DNA of 63,406 nucleotides, counting the filler, from Octopus bimaculoides (Eukaryota), in assembly GCF_001194135.2 (NCBI RefSeq). It is 4 parts of 4 records of this genome, joined end to end, with 100 filler letters (N's around TTAATTAATTAA, not from the genome) between each part and the next. Parts side by side here need not be neighbours in the genome. Positions count along the whole stretch, not along the records: positions 1 to 27,398 come from NC_068981.1; 3 more parts are not named here. One strand, given 5' to 3'. Numbering within the stretch: the first letter of the stretch is position 1; each line of letters starts with the position of its first letter. Shown piece after piece: positions 1-12,637 of this stretch. The notes under the pieces are model-generated. The model saw only the letters and a list, made by a program, of their open reading frames with translations, was not told where the DNA came from and did no database searches. The translations under genes were made by a program, and so were the position numbers.

Positions 1-1039
1 ATACACGTGTGTATGTAATTTTAGATAGATGTAGAGTGAAAAATATGGAGAAGACAAACTGAAGTAAAAAGAAGAAAGAAAGAAAGTAAAGATTGTTCGA
101 TTGTCGAAAGTTCGAGCTATCATGTAATAGTTTTTAGATTAGTTTAAACATTGAAGGAGACAGCTAAAATATTTATGATAGAAACAGTGTTACAAAATCA
201 CACGTAAAGATGGATAATATAATTTTTTGCAAATTTTGTGTATACTCCTACTCACTCCGAAAATGGGATGCTTATTCTCTTAAATAGAAAAGCCGAAACA
301 TATCGAGTGACACAGAAAGATATCTTTCTGATTGCCTGTGTTAACAGAGCAAGTATAGAGGAGGAAAGCGAAGAAATGATCTGCTGACCTTTATGATTAA
401 ATATCTGTATTATTGCCAAATTATTCCTACTTTCTTCCCTTAAGTCAATCGATTCTCATCAATCATCATTGCTGACTTCACCTCATATTGTATTTCTGAG
501 ATATCTGTCTTAAAATGTTCTTCATTAGGAAGCTAAACATGATATATTATCACACCATTCCAAAATATTATCTTTGCAAGCAGTTCATCTGAAAAGTTAC
601 TGAAAATATAACCACAGATATATTTTAATCAACTCATAAACCTTTTCTTTTACACCCATATTCAAAAACTATCTTATCTTTCTATTCTACGGTTCTGTTA
701 TTGTGCAAAGAAATATATTTTTCCATCAGCTTAGCAAATATGAGATAAATCCACTTTACACCAAAGATGTGAGGAGAAAGTAGCATCATAACATTAAGGA
801 GACTTCATTTTAGCTATCCATGCTTGCTCCATTTTACACCTAAGCTTTTCAGAATTCATTATTATCATCGTCTTACACTACAAACACAGCCATCATCATC
901 ATCATCATCCTTTTATATAAGGTGATGATAGTTTACAATACATGTTACCTAAGCTGTTCTTATGGTATTCAGCGAGGGTGACCGTGTACATCACATATTG
1001 CTTAGTCTAGCTCAGGGTCAGCTTTGATCAAACAGACCT

Positions 1040-1330
1040 ATGGCACGTGAGTAGTGGGCCGGTCGAAAACTGAGTGTGACGTTTGGATCTGTTGTTTCAG
1101 ACATGCCGTGCCTCAGCATAGGGTGAGCATTATATTGGACACTCCAGAATGTTTTAATTAATCGTATGGGCTCCAGTCTGGACAGTGTGTTCTCACTACT
1201 ATCCAATGTATTTCTGTATCCCTTAGGTTCTAGCTTTGGCCACAGCGGAAATGCGCAAGGTGCATCCGGTTGAAATAGGATAGTTGCTGTTCGTCTGCTA
1301 TTAAAATTGAGGACATGTGTATTCCTGCTC
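1040..1330 (-). mobile_element. Possible decayed non-LTR retrotransposon C-terminal remnant
   Basis: Minus-strand frame reads ...LAHFRCGQS*NLRDTEIHWIVVRTHCPDWSPYD*LKH, loosely like the LAQLRSGH...CPxC...H zinc-knuckle tail of LINE ORF2 proteins; it contains stops. Confidence 0.3.
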
Positions 1331-1569
1331 AATGCAAGTGGTTAATGAGATTATTTATGGATAAAGACCCCCTACGTTCATGAAGGGCCATGGAGTTGCA
1401 CCTGAAAAGTTACCTTCCGAGGCACAAGTCTGGTCAAAGTTGTTTATAGAAGACAACAAGTCGCCCATGCATACCAGCCTCCCATCTCCACGCAACCAAT
1501 GTCATCCAAGAGAAAGGCAAAAGCCGATAGAACTTGGTACCAGTGACGTTGCAGCTCACTTCTACAGAC

Positions 1570-1803
1570 AAGGCAGCGAGCTGGCAGAATCGCTAACACA
1601 CCGGGCGAAATGCTTAGCGGTATTTCGTCTGCCGTTACGTTTTGAGTTCAAATTCCGCCTAGGTCGAATTTGCCTTTCATCCTTTCGGGGTTGATTAAAT
1701 AAGTACCAGTTACGCACTGGGGTCGATGTAATCGACTTAATCTCTTTGTCTGTCCTTGTTTGTTCCCTCTGTGTTTAGCCTTCTGTAGGCAATAAAGAAA
1801 TAA
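1570..1803 (+). mobile_element. tRNA-derived SINE, family B (full-length)
   Basis: Head AAGGCAGCGAGCTGGCAGAATCG (A-box-like), GAGTTCAAATTCC (B-box-like), TTTGCCTTTCATCCTTTCGGGG, GGGGTCGATGTAATCGAC, tail AATAAAGAAATAA; more than 12 related copies in the window. Confidence 0.85.
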
Positions 1804-1819
1804 AACTCACTTTTACAGA

Positions 1820-1950
1820 TGAACTGGAGCAACTGATATGATATAAATTGTCTTGCTCGAGAACACAACACACAGCCTGGTCCGGGAATCGAACTCACTA
1901 CCTCATGATTGTGAACCTAACTCTCTAACCACTGAGCCATGCGCCTTCAC
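1820..1950 (-). mobile_element. tRNA-derived SINE head (family D-like), partial
   Basis: Reverse complement GGCGCATGGCTCAGTGGTTAG...GAGTTCGATTCCCGG carries Pol III A- and B-box-like motifs; similar heads at 10625, 21657-22050 and 40271. Confidence 0.7.
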
Positions 1951-1964
1951 ATTTATGGATACGT

Positions 1965-2900
1965 TAGCTGTTTCTATGTATATGTGTTTTTATGTTTGTC
2001 TGGGTTGAATGAAAGAGATAAGTTTTATATGTGGAGGTAAAAATTTAGTGCAATACCTATGTGGCTGAGTTTTCAGATGTCATTACTCACGTAAGATTTA
2101 TTGTGGTTACAAACAGTGACCCTTGTATGCTCATGTGGTATTTCCTTTCTGTTTGATATTTTTGTTTAATTGCTTAAGTAGAGTATGGGTTTGATCTGTA
2201 TACAGCCTGTGATAATCAGAAATGGTGTTTTGTGCTCTTTATGATATATCGTGTTTATTGTGGAGGGATTGGATTAATCCATGATGAACTAATGTACTGT
2301 TCATGTACCACAGTTGTTATTTCTGCCAATTTGAGACAAATGTCTATTTCGTGAGAGCCCCATTTGTTTTACTTTCGTTACTGTGTCTTACAGATGTGCT
2401 GTACATATTCACATCTGTTTTATTTAACTCCGAGTAGTCTTGCCTTACGTGTGTGTTATTGAGTGTGATGAAGGATTATAGTTTGTTTTCTAGTGTGGTT
2501 GGTGAGATTATTTTGTTTTGGAACCGAGTTTCTATGTGTTTCATGTAGGTTTATAGTAGCGTGATTGTGTCGAGAGAAAAGATGGGTATACGTAAGCCGG
2601 AATCTATGTAGGAAGTTGTGTCTGTTGCGAAAATGTAAGACTATTGTGTGGGTATAGGTTGAAAATATTGAAGGAGAAGACATACCCTTGTAGGACATCA
2701 TTCAGGAAATAGTTTGCGAACTTGAGAGTTCGTTCGTCAGCCTGCTGGGTCATTTCTAAAGAAGGTATTCATTCTTTTGTGTATAAGTATTTTCTAAGTA
2801 TTATATTCTAGTTCTGAGTTGGTGTTTAATATTAGTTTAAGTCGTCACATTGTAAGACTATATTATATATTTCAAAGATATCTTTCATTCATCTTTACTC
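1965..2900 (-). mobile_element. Heavily decayed Penelope-like RT remnant (tentative)
   Basis: Frameshifted minus-strand pieces (DVNMYSTSVRH, IDICLKL, LNFYLHI.NLSLSF, THIHRN) resemble PLE RT motif A, the following helix and the thumb FLDxxI...TxxYRK; many stops. Confidence 0.35.
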
Positions 2901-3515
2901 ACAACTCATAGTCCATTATAGCTACAGTATGTGTGTTAACACTTTAGGCTTTGAATCGATAGTTGTCGGAATCAATTACTATTATATTTTTCCTAATTGA
3001 CAGTGTAAAAGTTTCATTCAATTGATGTGGTGTAAACATAACACTTTTACTTTTCCCTATATTGTTTTTCATCTAATATTTCGTATTATAGCGACAGAAC
3101 TGAGAAAAGACACTTGCTGAATTGCTCCTCGTGATAGCAATTCGGATCGTTTGTTATATCCAGGTAGCCTGTAAGGATTTACTCAGCACTGTCATAACTT
3201 CAGACAAAATTCAGAGATGAACATGAAAGTGAAGGAACCCTAGGTTCCAATACTCTCAAAGACCACTGATATAAATCTGTAGTGAACGAATAAACATTGG
3301 TAATTTTGTGGTTTCACTATTTCGGAATGCTTTGCCGCGGCAACCTCGACGACAGTTCTGCGTCAAGTGAATCATTTCTGTCTCTGCAAAGAAAAATGTC
3401 TTACTATCACTTACTATCAGGCCTACACTTTTCGCCACAAACAAGATTCACTGGCTCCAAAATGCTAGAGGGACTTCATGTATTGTTTGTAATTAAGTTA
3501 TCAGTTTATAATTTA

Positions 3516-3907
3516 GAGGGTAGGAGCGGCTGTGTGGTAAGTAGCTTGCTAACGAACCACATGGTTCCGGGTTCAGTCCAACTGCGTGGCACCTTGGGCA
3601 AGTGTCTTCTACTATAGCCTCGGGCCGACCAAAGCCTTGTGAGTGGATTTGGTAGACGGAAACTGAAAGAAGCTCGTCATATATATGTATATATATATGT
3701 GTGTGTGTCTGTGTTTGTCTCCCAACATCGCTTGACAACCGATGGTGGTGTGTTTACATCCCCGTAACTTAGCGGTTCGGCAAGAGAGACCTGATAGAAT
3801 AAGTACTAGGCTTACAAAGAATAAGTCCTGGGGTCGATTTGCTGGACTAAAGGCGGTGCTCCAGAATGGCCACAGTGAAATGACTGAAACAAGTAAAAGA
3901 GTAAAAA
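3516..3907 (+). mobile_element. tRNA-derived SINE, family A (full-length, internal TA/TG tract)
   Basis: Head GGAGCGGCTGTGTGGTAAG...GGGTTCAGTCC, CCTTGGGCAAGTGTCTTCTACTATAGCC, internal (TA)/(TG) tract, GGGGTCGATTTGCTGGAC, tail ATGACTGAAACAAGTAAAAGA; about 20 copies or fragments in the window. Confidence 0.9.
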
Positions 3908-5849
3908 GGGTATCCTTAATATCTAGCGAATTAATATTATCTTTCTCTTGTAACAAGTGAAGTGTTGACCCTAGGCTCTGGTAAGCCATTAAATCATGCC
4001 GCTACATTGTTAAAGATTTTAATCACGAATTCGAAGCTCTCGATGTTATCCGGGAGCTTTTTATTTATTTATTTATTTCCTTGAGGTATTTCACAATTTA
4101 GGGAAAAATGAATTTTTTCGGTGTCTCCTCATTGCTCTTTATCAATTACAAATTATTATAATTATAATTCGAATTATTGATATATTTATTCTCGGCATCT
4201 TGAATATCTTCATTTAATAACAGTTACAAGTCTTTGTGTTTGTAATTTTCTCTTTTCCACACTTAATGGCTGGAAATTTTTGTTGGTTCATCTTTAATGT
4301 CGTTGGCTGGCTTGTAAATGTATCAGATATGGCCTCGTTGAACGAACAACTGAAACAGTCGAAAAACCGGTCACTTATTCTGAGATGAACCAGAACCAAT
4401 TATAACCGACTCGAAAGTCAATAACCGATTTATGTAAAGCAATACCCCTTTATACTATCATTCTGTTTCACTAAACTAACTTTATAGTCAGTTTTGAAGA
4501 TTTTACTGTTATTATAATATATTTCAGCTTGTGTGTTGTGTGTGTTCTTGCAATATTCGATTATGGCAATAAAGATTTGGTAATGCCTGTATTCCTACAA
4601 CATATAGTTGCAGTATTAAATTTAGCTTTTTTTTACTGTGGAGGCGATTCGCAGGGGAAACTGAAAAAGAAGTTGCTATGAGAAATTCTGTAGTTTGCTT
4701 GTCTAGTTATTTTTTGTTCCATAGAAAGTCTTTTGTAAGGATTTTATTGCTCCGTAAAATAACTATATTCTCTAGTTTTGCGTTACATTTGTTCTGTTTA
4801 ACTGGGTATTATTTAGTTGGGTCGATCTTTTTCATTATTCTCATATCTTCTATAAATAAAGAGGGGGAGCGTTTGTCCCCAAAGCTTTACATGTTTTCCT
4901 ACTGCTTCAAATCTTCTAGTGAGATCATTCAGCTGCTTTCATTTATTTTCACGAGACTCACGAATATTTAATGTATCATCAATAACTTTTCTTTTCATAA
5001 TCGATTATGATAGTTAAAAGCTATAATATCATCATCGCCAACATGGTCAACAATCCAACAAAGAGACTTTTACATTGTCTCGGTCTGGGCTAGAAATAAC
5101 AGCCAGCTCTCCGAGAACACATTGTGGAATAAAATCCTAAATACACCATGTCTTGAAAAGACATGAGTGAGGATCATGTTTGGAATACTTTAATCATAGA
5201 TCTGCTTGATTATGGCGACCGAGAGTTAAACAAACACATTAACTAATATATTGTGATTGCAAATTCTATGATGACTGATTGACTGAGAGATATAATGACC
5301 ATTTTATTTCACAGTACTCTTAGAATGTTCGTTTTTGGTATTCTTTGAGTTCTATATATGAGTAAGATACATAATTTCACTTTCCTAAATTTTACTATCG
5401 AAAGCATCGATAACAGGAGTCAGAATGCAAATGCATAGCAAAAATAATAATTCTTAACGTTTTGAATGTTCAATAGAGTTTTGTGTTTTGGTAAAAACAC
5501 CTTCAGCTAATACATGTAATGAGTGAAGCTTTTACATTACATATTTCCTTAACTTTTGTCTTACAAATCTGAGACATATATATATATATATATATATATA
5601 TANNNNNNNNNNNNNNNNNNNNNNNNNNNNNNNNNNNNNNNNNNNNNNNNNNNNNNNNNNNNNNNNNNNNNNNNNNNNNNNNNNNNNNNNNNNNNNNNNN
5701 NNNNNNNNNNNNNNNNNNNNNNNNNNNNNNNNNNNNNNNNNNNNNNNNNNNNNNNNNNNNNNNNNNNNTGTGTGTGTGTGTGTGTGTGTGTGTAGGGGAG
5801 AAAATTCCCTCCGTGAATCTCGTTATATTTACTTGAGACCAGAGAAAAA

Positions 5850-6070
5850 TGTACTAATTTCAAATATTTTTACAAGGCCAGCAAATTCGAGGGAAGGGCT
5901 AAGTCGACTACATCGACCTCAATGTGCAACTGGTACTTATTTTGTCAACGCCAAAAGGATAAAAGATAGAATCTATCTCTGCGGAATTTGAACTCAGAAC
6001 TCAGAATGTAAAAACGGATAAAATACCGCTAAGAATTTTTCGCGTCGTGCTAACGATTCTGCCAGATCGC
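5850..6070 (-). mobile_element. SINE family B
   Basis: Reverse-complement match to the 1570 copy (AAGTCGACTACATCGACC, GGAATTTGAACTCAGAAC, GTGCTAACGATTCTGCCAG). Confidence 0.8.
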
Positions 6071-6269
6071 AAAAATTATTGCGACCAGTCTTTATACTGT
6101 TCTCTGTCACTGAACTTGTATATACAATCCACCCTCCTCAGGCTACATTAGAGAGTATTCTTTAGCCTTTTTAAATAAGTTTTATTATTTCCACTAAACA
6201 TGGTGGTTATGAAATATTATGTGTAGTGTGTCCCGTTTTAGGTTTAGACATTTTGCTTTCATTTTTATT

Positions 6270-6981
6270 CAACATGCACGGCAAAAGAATCTAATCGCTG
6301 AAACTGATATAGTTGAATCTTATAGATGACAAACAGTATTAACGCTGGAAGATAGATATATCCCAGCATGAACTATTTCTGTTGCTGTTTACCGAGGAAC
6401 AACACCACTAGTAACCCCTGATTTGCTGTTTTATTGTATAATTTAGATAGAATTAGTATCTAATTCAGGATTTCTAATATAAACTGAAGGTCTCAAATTT
6501 GAGAGCTGATTGTATATATGAAACCACAGCAGAGGCCTTTACAAAATACATGATATTCAGCGCATAGATGTTACCAATGACACCACAATTATACACGACT
6601 ATACACGCATTCCACTTAAAACTTGACCATATGATACATGAACAACAGATACATATGCTCACAAAACTTTCCGTCCCAAAATAACCGTTTGTGAGGTTTC
6701 GATGCATCCTGGTGCAAAAACAATACAGTTAACCAAGAAGGCCATAAAATTAATTCCCTTTGCATCGTAAACAATCTATACTAATAAACCCACATAGCTC
6801 ACCAACCTAAGTAAAATAATTTCTTTCTAGACATCACTTTTTACTCTAGACATCAAACAGAAACACTTTCACTAACTTCAAAACACTTGGGTACAACCAT
6901 TTCCATCACGAGACAGAATTACAATTCTTATAATTGCCTAATATATAATCAACATCATAGATGATGCATTATATATATATA

Positions 6982-7026
<45 letters not shown>

Positions 7027-7380
7027 AAGTAATTGTAGAAGACAGCAAACATCACTCCACATTTCAGCATAAACAAATACAGTTCTACTTACACATAGGG
7101 ATACACTAACTTAGTAAAAACATAAGGTATTGACTCATACACATCAGAACAGCATCACACACTACATAAACAAATGTCATGATAAAGAAACACAGAAATA
7201 ACATTCAAAAAGGAACTAAAAATCCACATCAAGTTGCAAAAATAAACAACGCAAAACGAATATCAAAACACTATACGAAGTAATTAAGAGAACCAAAACA
7301 CTATGTAAAATGAAAGCTTTGCCATCTTTAGCAACGGCCAAACTACATTAAAGCTATATATATTACAAACTTATATTTTC
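6270..7380 (+). mobile_element. Possible decayed Penelope-like element
   Basis: A/C-rich strand bias as in other PLE remnants; NNFFLDITFY at about 6815-6845 resembles the PLE RT thumb motif; otherwise unreadable. Confidence 0.25.
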
Positions 7381-7479
7381 ACCATAGTATTACAATAACA
7401 TCAAGCGACTTGCCCGCACATACTCCGAGAGCAAGCAGTCTTTCTAATCGAATAATTTTCCAGACTGAGTTGCAATAGA

Positions 7480-7850
7480 AAAGCGCAGTAACTATGAGCT
7501 GTGGTTTCGGGTTCAGTCCCACTGCGTGACGCCTTAAGCGACTGTCTTCTACTATAATCGCCAGCCTATCAATTGCCTCGTGAGTGAACTTGGTAGAAAT
7601 TGTGTGGAATCCCGTCTCATATATGTGTGTATGTGTGTGCGTGCGTGTATTTGTGTACGCATGTGTTTGTGTTTGTCCCATTATCCACTTGACAACTGGT
7701 GTTGGTTTGTTTACGTCCCCGTAACAGAACGCAGATCGACAAAAAGGATCGATAAAACTAGTCCCGGTATCAATTCGTTTGACAGAACCCTTCAGTGCAG
7801 TGCTGCAGCTTGGCCGCAGTCACGTGACTGAAAGAAGTAAAAACTAAAAG
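7480..7850 (+). mobile_element. SINE family A, diverged copy
   Basis: GGGTTCAGTCCCACTGCGTG head remnant, internal (TG)n, tail GGCCGCAGTCACGTGACTGAAAG. Confidence 0.75.
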
Positions 7851-7917
7851 TATACGAAGACGATTTCACTTCATGAATTGTAATAGCAGCGAAATATCCC
7901 TTAAAAATCATTAGATA

Positions 7918-8283
7918 TAGGCGCATCATAGCTGTGTGGTAAGAAGCTTGCTTCCCAAACTCATGGTTCCGGGTTTAGTCCCTCTGCGTGACACCTTGGG
8001 CAAGTAACTTCTACTATAGCCTCGGGCCGACCAAAGCCTTGTGAGTGGATTTGGTAGACGGAAACTGAAAGAAGCCTGTCGTATGTATGTATGTATTTGT
8101 GTGTGTTTGACGCTCTACCATCGCTTGGCAATTGATGCTGGTGTGTTTACACCAAAAAGAGACCGATAGAATAAGTTCTATGCTTACAAAGAATAAGTCC
8201 TGGAGTTGATTTGTTCGACTAAAATGCAGTGCTCCAGCATGGCTGCAGTCAAATGACTGAAACAAATGAAAGAATAAAAGAAA
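7918..8283 (+). mobile_element. SINE family A
   Basis: Head, body and tail all match the 3516 copy. Confidence 0.9.
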
Positions 8284-8995
8284 ACTAACACTAGATAATA
8301 ATGCTCCTGTGTCTGCTCCTATGGGAGTGAGAAAGTGCATGACTTTGTGAGTTTAAGTATTCGAGTATATGTGTAAGGTTAGTTAGTTGCCCACTTTTCA
8401 CGGTTTAAAATCAAGAATTTTAAAATTTCATTGAATGAGGTAACAGCTTTTAGCAATTTCCAATCGTGTACCATCTGTATTGTTCTATGGATCATTTTCT
8501 GGACTTATGAAATGTGCAACAGCATCAGTAGTAGCAGCAGCAGCAATAGGCTTATTAATCGATTACTTTTTTTAATAAGCGTGTTGTTTTTAATAAGCCT
8601 GAACGGCGACTGAAATTCCATATATCGCTGGCATTTCAGGTTTGGATGTATGCTGCTACCGGAGGTTCTCCTACTGAAGAGACGGAGTATGCCGAAATCC
8701 CGTGCTCTGACAGTTCCGGTGCCAGTAGCAGACAATTCTCGACTGCCAGGAATATAAATATGTGTGCTTTTATGCACCACGCTTCTCTTTGAGAGGTTCT
8801 TACAATATAAATAATGAAGTATTCGCCGCTCTAAGAATATATCCAAGTTGGATATTGAGATTGCCTTTTGATATTGATACTGCTTCTGTCGCTATTATTT
8901 GACATACATACATATAAGAATATAAATAATATACATACATATATCTGTTTGTATGTCCAGGTGTAATAAAAATAATTTTACATTAATCTGGATTA

Positions 8996-9403
8996 CTCTC
9001 TCTTTTACTCTTTTACTTGTTTCAGTCATTTGACTGCGGCCATGCTGGAGCACTGCATTTAGTCGAGCAAATCGGCCCCAGGATTTATTCTTTGTAAGCC
9101 TAGTACTTATTCTATCGGGTTTTTTTTTGCCGAACCGCTAAGTTACGGGGACGTAAACACATTAGCATCTGTTGTCAAGCGATGTTGGGGGGACAAACAG
9201 ACACAAACACACATATATACATACATATACATATTTACGACGGGTTCTCTCAGTTTCCGTCTACGAAATCCACTCACAAGGCTTTGGTCGGCCCGAGGCT
9301 ATAGTAGAAGACACTTGCCCAAGGTGCCACGCAGTAGGACTGAACCCGGAACCATGTGGTTGGTAAGCAAGCTACTTACCACACAGCCACTCCTGCGCCT
9401 ATA
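8996..9403 (-). mobile_element. SINE family A (full-length)
   Basis: Near-complete reverse complement of the family A sequence, from CTTTTACTTGTTTCAGTCATTTGACTGCGG to CCACTCCTGCGCCT. Confidence 0.92.
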
Positions 9404-10044
9404 CTCTATTTTCTTGTAGAATATGATTTTATATTTTTAAACAAGATTATCATTGACAGTAACTTCGAAGTTTCGGCCAGTTAAGCAATCGTCAGACTGC
9501 TGACTATAGCTTAACTGATAAGAACTTCGAATTACTGTCAATAATATTCTTGTTTAAGAATTATATACATATATATATATGTATGTGTGTGCGTACATAT
9601 ATAATGTTGGCTATGGCATTATATCAGGAATATGATGTACTTCCTGGAAGTAATTGAATACGGGTAGAATACTTGTGTATTCTGTAATTAAAAGTGGTTA
9701 TGTCGCATATAATTATATTGCAGTGTTTATTATATCGCTTGGTCACTTGCAGACATGTGTTTACTTCCTAAGTAATGAAGCAGAAAAGAAAATTTTGCTA
9801 AATTTGGAGTTTTCCAGCTTTGTAGACTTATAATTTAATGGGGGGAATTAATTAGTGTCTCTGGTTGATGATGAAAATATCATCGTTCATTTATTGATGC
9901 GTGTGGGTGTATATGTGTGTGTGTGTCTGTGTGCGTGTGTGTGTGTGTATGCGTGTTATACGTACACAACACACATGTATATATGCATGCATACATACAT
10001 ACATACATACATACATACATACATACATACATACATACATACAT

Positions 10045-10490
10045 AAGGCTATCCGCAATAATGTGTGTCAACTCAAGGAGTACAAGCATCAACTCAAGGA
10101 ATCCTGGTGGAACATTCCCATCAAAACATCTGTCGTGTGTAATCATAACGGGCTAGATATTGTTGCATAAAACAAACAAGGAAATCTATGTACCAGCATA
10201 GAGGTCAGCTCTCCAGATAATATGACCATCTCTTTGAAAATTACAGAGAAAGAGGATAACTATGGACCACTGTTTCGAAACCTCCAGCTTCTGTATCCAC
10301 ATCAGAAATTTACATTTATATCAATGGTAATTTGTGCACATTTTTTGTGAGTAAACGCCTAACTGACAGTCTGGATAAGCTTGGATTTTCTGAAAAAGAA
10401 ATCAACCAGCTGACTTGCACATTACAAATAGAATTCATAGGTGGAACAGTAAAAATATGCAAGACTTTTCTCTTGATTAAAATGTGACAT
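10045..10490 (+). mobile_element. R4/Dong-type non-LTR retrotransposon, 3' fragment (restriction-like endonuclease domain)
   Basis: Translates WWNIPIKTSVVCNHNGLDIVA*...IEVSSPD...EKEDNYGPLFRNLQLLYP...LGF...GTVKICKTFL. This fits the RLE pattern (RPD..E..K..Y) and is the same family as 53055-55175. Confidence 0.85.
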
Positions 10491-10624
10491 TGTTTTCGTT
10501 ATATCCATTCTAACGATAGAGCTTTATAATCTTTGTTAGAAACCAGCTCCTTTCTCAGAGGAATACTTAAAAACAGAAAAGAACATGCATACATATGCCG
10601 TTTATGCATCATACTTAATGCAAT

Positions 10625-10940
10625 TGTGGAGGCACATGGCCTAGCAGTTAGAGCAGCGGACTCGTGGTTGAGGGATCGCGGGTTCGAATCTCAGATCGAG
10701 CGATGTGTGTGTTTATGAACGAAACACCTAAGTTCCACGCGACTCCTGCAGAAGGTAATGGCGAACCTATGCTGACTCTTTCACCACAACTTTCTGTCAC
10801 TCTTTTCTCCTGCATCGAGCAGCTCACCTGCGACGGTCCGGCGTCCCGTCCAGGTGGGGAACCTATACGCCAATGAAACCGTGAAACTGGCCCTTATGAG
10901 CCAGGCATGGCTCGCGAAGGAAGACATAACAATAACAATA
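10625..10940 (+). mobile_element. tRNA-derived SINE (family D-like head, distinct tail)
   Basis: GGAGGCACATGGCCTAGCAGTTAG...GGGTTCGAATCTC head; tail CGACGGTCCGGCGTCCCGTCCAGG...GAAACC, ending in short AACAAT repeats. Confidence 0.8.
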
Positions 10941-11317
10941 ATTTAAGGTAAGTAGGTAGCGAAAAGCATACTTACAGTGATATTCGTCCGAAGATATCTC
11001 TTACGGACGTGACGTGTTGTGTTTACAATCACAATGCATATCGGAGATAGACGAAAATCAATCCAGCCCTGACAAATGACCATGCTCGTTGGGCGTTGCC
11101 AACCGCATGTTCAGACGAAATCTGTCCCCACTGATATAGTAAAATAGTGATTGTGCATTCACTGAGAGGGGTAATCTGTATATCTTGGCTTTCCTTGATA
11201 TCGTAATAAATTACTAAAAGAGTTGGTGGCAAGAAGAGAATCCGGCCATGAAATTCTGCCTCAGAAGGTATAAGGCTAACTCCAACTTCAACAGGGCTAA
11301 CAACCTTGAAACGGTTG

Positions 11318-11348
<31 letters not shown>

Positions 11349-11923
11349 NNNNNNNNNNNNNNNNNNNNNNNNNNNNNNNNNNNNNNNNNNNNNNNNNNNN
11401 NNNNNNNNNNNNNNNNNNNNNNNNNNNNNNNNNNNNNNNNNNNNNNNNNNNNNNNNNNNNNNNNNNNNNNNNNNNNNNNNNNNNNNNNNNNNNNNNNNNN
11501 NNNNNNNNNNNNNNNNNNNNNNNNNNNNNNNNNNNNNNNNNNNNNNNNNNNNNNNNNNNNNNNNNNNNNNNNNNNNNNNNNNNNNNNNNNNNNNNNNNNN
11601 NNNNNNNNNNNNNNNNNNNNNNNNNNNNNNNNNNNNNNNNNNNNNNNNNNNNNNNNNNNNNNNNNNNNNNNNNNNNNNNNNNNNNNNNNNNNNNNNNNNN
11701 NNNNNNNNNNNNNNNNNNNNNNNNNNNNNNNNNNNNNNNNNNNNNNNNNNNNNNNNNNNNNNNNNNNNNNNNNNNNNNNNNNNNNNNNNNNNNNNNNNNN
11801 NNNNNNNNNNNNNNNNNNNNNNNNNNNNNNNNNNNNNNNNNNNNNNNNNNNNNNNNNNNNNNNNNNNNNNNNNNNNNNNNNNNNNNNNNNNNNNNNNNNN
11901 NNNNNNNNNNNNNNNNNNNNNNN

Positions 11924-11959
<36 letters not shown>

Positions 11960-12082
11960 CGTGTGTGTGTACGTAGGTACGTATGTATATATGTATGTGT
12001 GTGTGTGTGTGTGTGTGTTAATAAATACATATATACCTTCATACATATATCGATAGATTGATAGGTAGATAGTTAGATAGAC

Positions 12083-12142
<60 letters not shown>

Positions 12143-12598
12143 GTATATGTCTTAGGTGAAGAGTAAAAGTGACAATACCGACATAATAGGACCGATGTAT
12201 TCATAACTATTATTAGAGACTTCTAACTAACAATAGAGACTCAGCGGGGACTCCTTTTTCGCCTTCTAAAAAAGTACAGAACGCTACAGCTTCTTATGAA
12301 TAATGAGAAATGTTAGTACAAATATAACTAAATTTACTTAATGATACAACGTTGGCCATACAGACTCAATAATTATAAATTCTCTTTGTCTCTTACTCAC
12401 ACACACACTCACATACCACACACACTCACATACCACACACACACACACACACACATATATATTTTCATACATGGCGGCTTCCTCAGTTTTTACTCTCTAT
12501 TTTCATTCTCAAGGTATAGGTCGGCTTAAGATGATAATATCAGACACTTGCCCAAGATATCAGCAATAAATGAAGCGAACATCTCATCCTTGCGCCAA

Positions 12599-12637
<39 letters not shown>

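Noticed and set aside
253-309. Hammerhead-like CACTC..GAAAC..GAGTG
   Set aside because: Core (CCGAAAA) and stem II are too degenerate; at best a relic.
8640-8790. Possible upstream TRPC exon (CATTTCAG acceptor; MYAATGGSPTEETEYAEIP... or MLLPEVLLLKRRSMPK...)
   Set aside because: Both frames reach a stop without a convincing phase-0 donor, and there is no recognisable TRPC similarity. It might be a UTR exon, but this is unsupported.
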